DNA from: Hemiscyllium ocellatum
Taxonomy: Eukaryota
Length of the DNA: 64,000 nt
Direction of reading: 5' to 3'
NCBI RefSeq assembly: GCF_020745735.1
Contig: NC_083419.1
Location: 61,724,135 to 61,788,134 of the forward strand
The notes under the pieces were generated by a model. The model worked only from the letters and a program-made list of their open reading frames with translations. It was not told the origin of the DNA and did not search any database. Of this stretch, positions 61,461 through 64,000 are shown in pieces. The position numbers were made by a program, and so were the translations under genes. Position 1 is the stretch's first letter; every line of letters starts with the position of its first letter.

Positions 61461-64000
61461 CGATTGTAGTATTAATCATCTTGGTTCCGAGGTCATTTCA
61501 ATATTTAAGGTCAGGGTCACAGACACAGAGGAGTACTTCTGTGGAGTGAAAAGGCGACTGAGAGGATATTGAGCAGGAACTAGAACCAGTTTCATTTGCT
61601 CTCCCTCCCAGGCAACTTGGGTGCACAGTAATCAGAGACCAAACAACATACAACACCAAAAATGTAATGTAGTTGAGCAGGCAGCCAAATGAAACGCAGC
61701 AAAATTCCACAGACACTGGGGTAAGGGCCAAATCATCTGTTTTTAGGATGTTGGTTGATAAGTAAATATTGCAAAAACAAAATAAAAGGAGATCTCAATG
61801 TTTCCCCCAACAAAGAGGGAAATTAAGGCCACTGTTCATTCATGGGATATGAGGGCATCTCTGGCAAAGCCAGCGTTTACTGCCTGTCCCTAATTGCCCA
61901 AGGGCAGTTAAGAGTCAACCACATTGCTGAGAGTCTGGAATCATACCTAAGCCATAAGGATGGCAGTTTCCTTTCCTAAAGGACATTCGTGAACCAGATG
62001 GGTTTTGCCAATAATCAATAATGACTCTTCATTCCAGATTACAATCGAATTCAATTTCCACCATCTGCAGTGGCAGGATTCAAACCTGGGTCCCCAGAGG
62101 AGTCATTCTAAAGAGAGAGTGCACATCTGACAATACAGCACTCCCTCAACACAACATGATACAGCCAGTCCTAACTGCCTGCTTGAATGCAACGTGAACA
62201 CAAAGCTTTCTGACCTAAAGCCAATAACTAGCACCACTGAACCACAGCTGACTCAAAGAACCAAGTGCTGTACAGTAGGCTGCCACTTTCTTGCATCCCT
62301 TTGCAAAACTCAGCAGCAAGGGATATACTAGGTTTGAAATGAGCAGTTGAAATACAGTCACAATTGACAGAGAAACAGCCAACAAGCTGTGCTGGAGAAC
62401 TTCTCCAGGAGCTGTGGGGACACTGGGAGAAGAGGGGTTGGTGCTTCAGCACTTCTTCGGTTGAGATGGTACAGGTCAGAAACAATCTTATCTGGGCTGC
62501 CGCTCCCAGACAGAAATTTAAATTGTTACCAGCAGCCCACACCGGGGCCGATCTTTGTTGCTCTCAGACCAATTCGTATGTGGAATTCGAGGAACTGATG
62601 CTCGAGTGGCTGCACACAAGCAGCTCAGTCAAGCTCTGGGCCGCGAGTCAAAAAACATCAAACTCGTCTGTCAGAAATTCTGGGCACGTTTCCAACCCTG
62701 GCCTTATTCACAGAGACTCAAAACAGAACACAACGCAGGCTCCAATGTTTGACCTTCCTCCTTCCCCTTGCAGTGAAACTATCTATGGTATTTCCTCTGC
62801 ATTCCTTCGCAACATGGCTCCGCACAGCAGGACAAAGGCAATGGGGCTTCTCAATCAGGCAATTAACTATCATTAAATCAGAGCAAACTGTCAAGTCTTT
62901 GCTATTTAATGCACATTTAGGACCAAAGCGGGATTAGTGGACAAGAAGAGAGGTCGTTCTGCATATACGGAGCCTTCGAATCACAGAAACGTAGAACAAT
63001 GCAGCACAGAAGGAGCCCATTATTCCATGATCTCTGAGCCAGGCCTTTGAAAGAGCTTTCCAATTAGTCCCACTACACCGCTTTTTCCCCAAAGCCCTGA
63101 AAATGTTTTCGTGTTAACCATTTACCCAACTTCCATTTGGAAGATTACTACTGAATCTGCTTCCTTTAAGGCAGTGCATTCCAGACCGCAGCAACTCACC
63201 ACGTAAACACGTTTCCTCAAGTCATCCGTGGAGTTTTGTTTTTGCGAATTACCTGCGTCCTCTGATTAGTGACCATTCTGTCCAGGAAAATAATCACTCC
63301 TTATTGATTTCATCAAAACTATTCACCATTTGTGAACACCTCTGTCATTTATACAGCACCTTATATGTCCATTAGATGTCCCAAGGTGCTACACAGGGGT
63401 GGTTTCAAAACATGAAACATAGGAAAGGTAGCAGTCACATTATGTTTAGCAAGGTCCCAAACAGCAACATGATAATAACTGGGTATTTTTTTGTGCGACA
63501 GTAACTGTTGGATAAATCACTCTGCACACCTGGGATAATCCCTTGCTCACTTCACCCGACAAAGCAGGCAAGACATTGGTTTAACTTTTCATCTGAAAGA
63601 TGACTCCTCCAACAGTGCAAAACTCCCTCAGTACTGCAGTCCTGGGATCTGAACCCATTAATTCCTAACTCGGGGTAAACATGCTACCAACTGGGCCACT
63701 GTTGATCTGGAACTAAAAAATGGCTAGTGGACTTAAGATACAGATCAACCATAATATGATTTGACATCAGAAAACACTCAAGGGGCCGAATGGGCTTGGT
63801 GAAGCTAGCTGTCAGTGATGACCTGGAACAAAACCTGTCAATGCACACACAAGTGTCATTTCAGAGTCCAAGGGAAGCGTAGGTCTCGAAAAGGAGGATG
63901 ATCAAGTAGGGTCAGTGCAGACGTTGAAAGTGTTCATGGTGAAATGGCTGAGAGGGAGTTACAAGGCCAAATTGTTAAAAGTGGAGAATTATGATCGCTT

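Noticed and set aside
62364-62876. 170-aa plus-strand ORF
   Set aside because: Non-ATG start, no recognisable domain or splice structure, and antisense within a TMTC1 intron. Consistent with chance.

Overview
Eukaryotic, repeat-rich vertebrate DNA. The repeat set (HE1-type SINEs with HER1/CR1 LINE tails, Deu-domain SINE remnants) points to a cartilaginous fish, most likely a shark; this is inference. The only host gene I can support is TMTC1 (protein O-mannosyltransferase, transmembrane/DUF1736 region) on the minus strand. It has four GT-AG exons (31793-31874, 19413-19516, 17938-18127, 3057-3178) that splice in frame to 498 nt, and the gene extends beyond both window edges. The rest is intron filled with truncated CR1 LINEs, SINEs, Rex/Babar fragments, probable solo LTRs, a 31-32 bp minisatellite and Penelope-like element (PLE) remnants. 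The most interesting signal is a set of about 100-220 bp non-coding PLE-derived insertions from several sequence families. They carry minimal hammerhead-ribozyme motifs (CTGANGA-stem II-GAAAC-GTH); three are fold-backs with 14-bp target-site duplications whose inversion point lies at the ribozyme. Also notable are a ~700 bp inverted duplication bracketing one TMTC1 exon and an inverted CR1 pair bracketing a 294-nt stop-free two-exon cassette. Everything was read by eye; repeat boundaries are approximate and family names are from memory, not from a database search.
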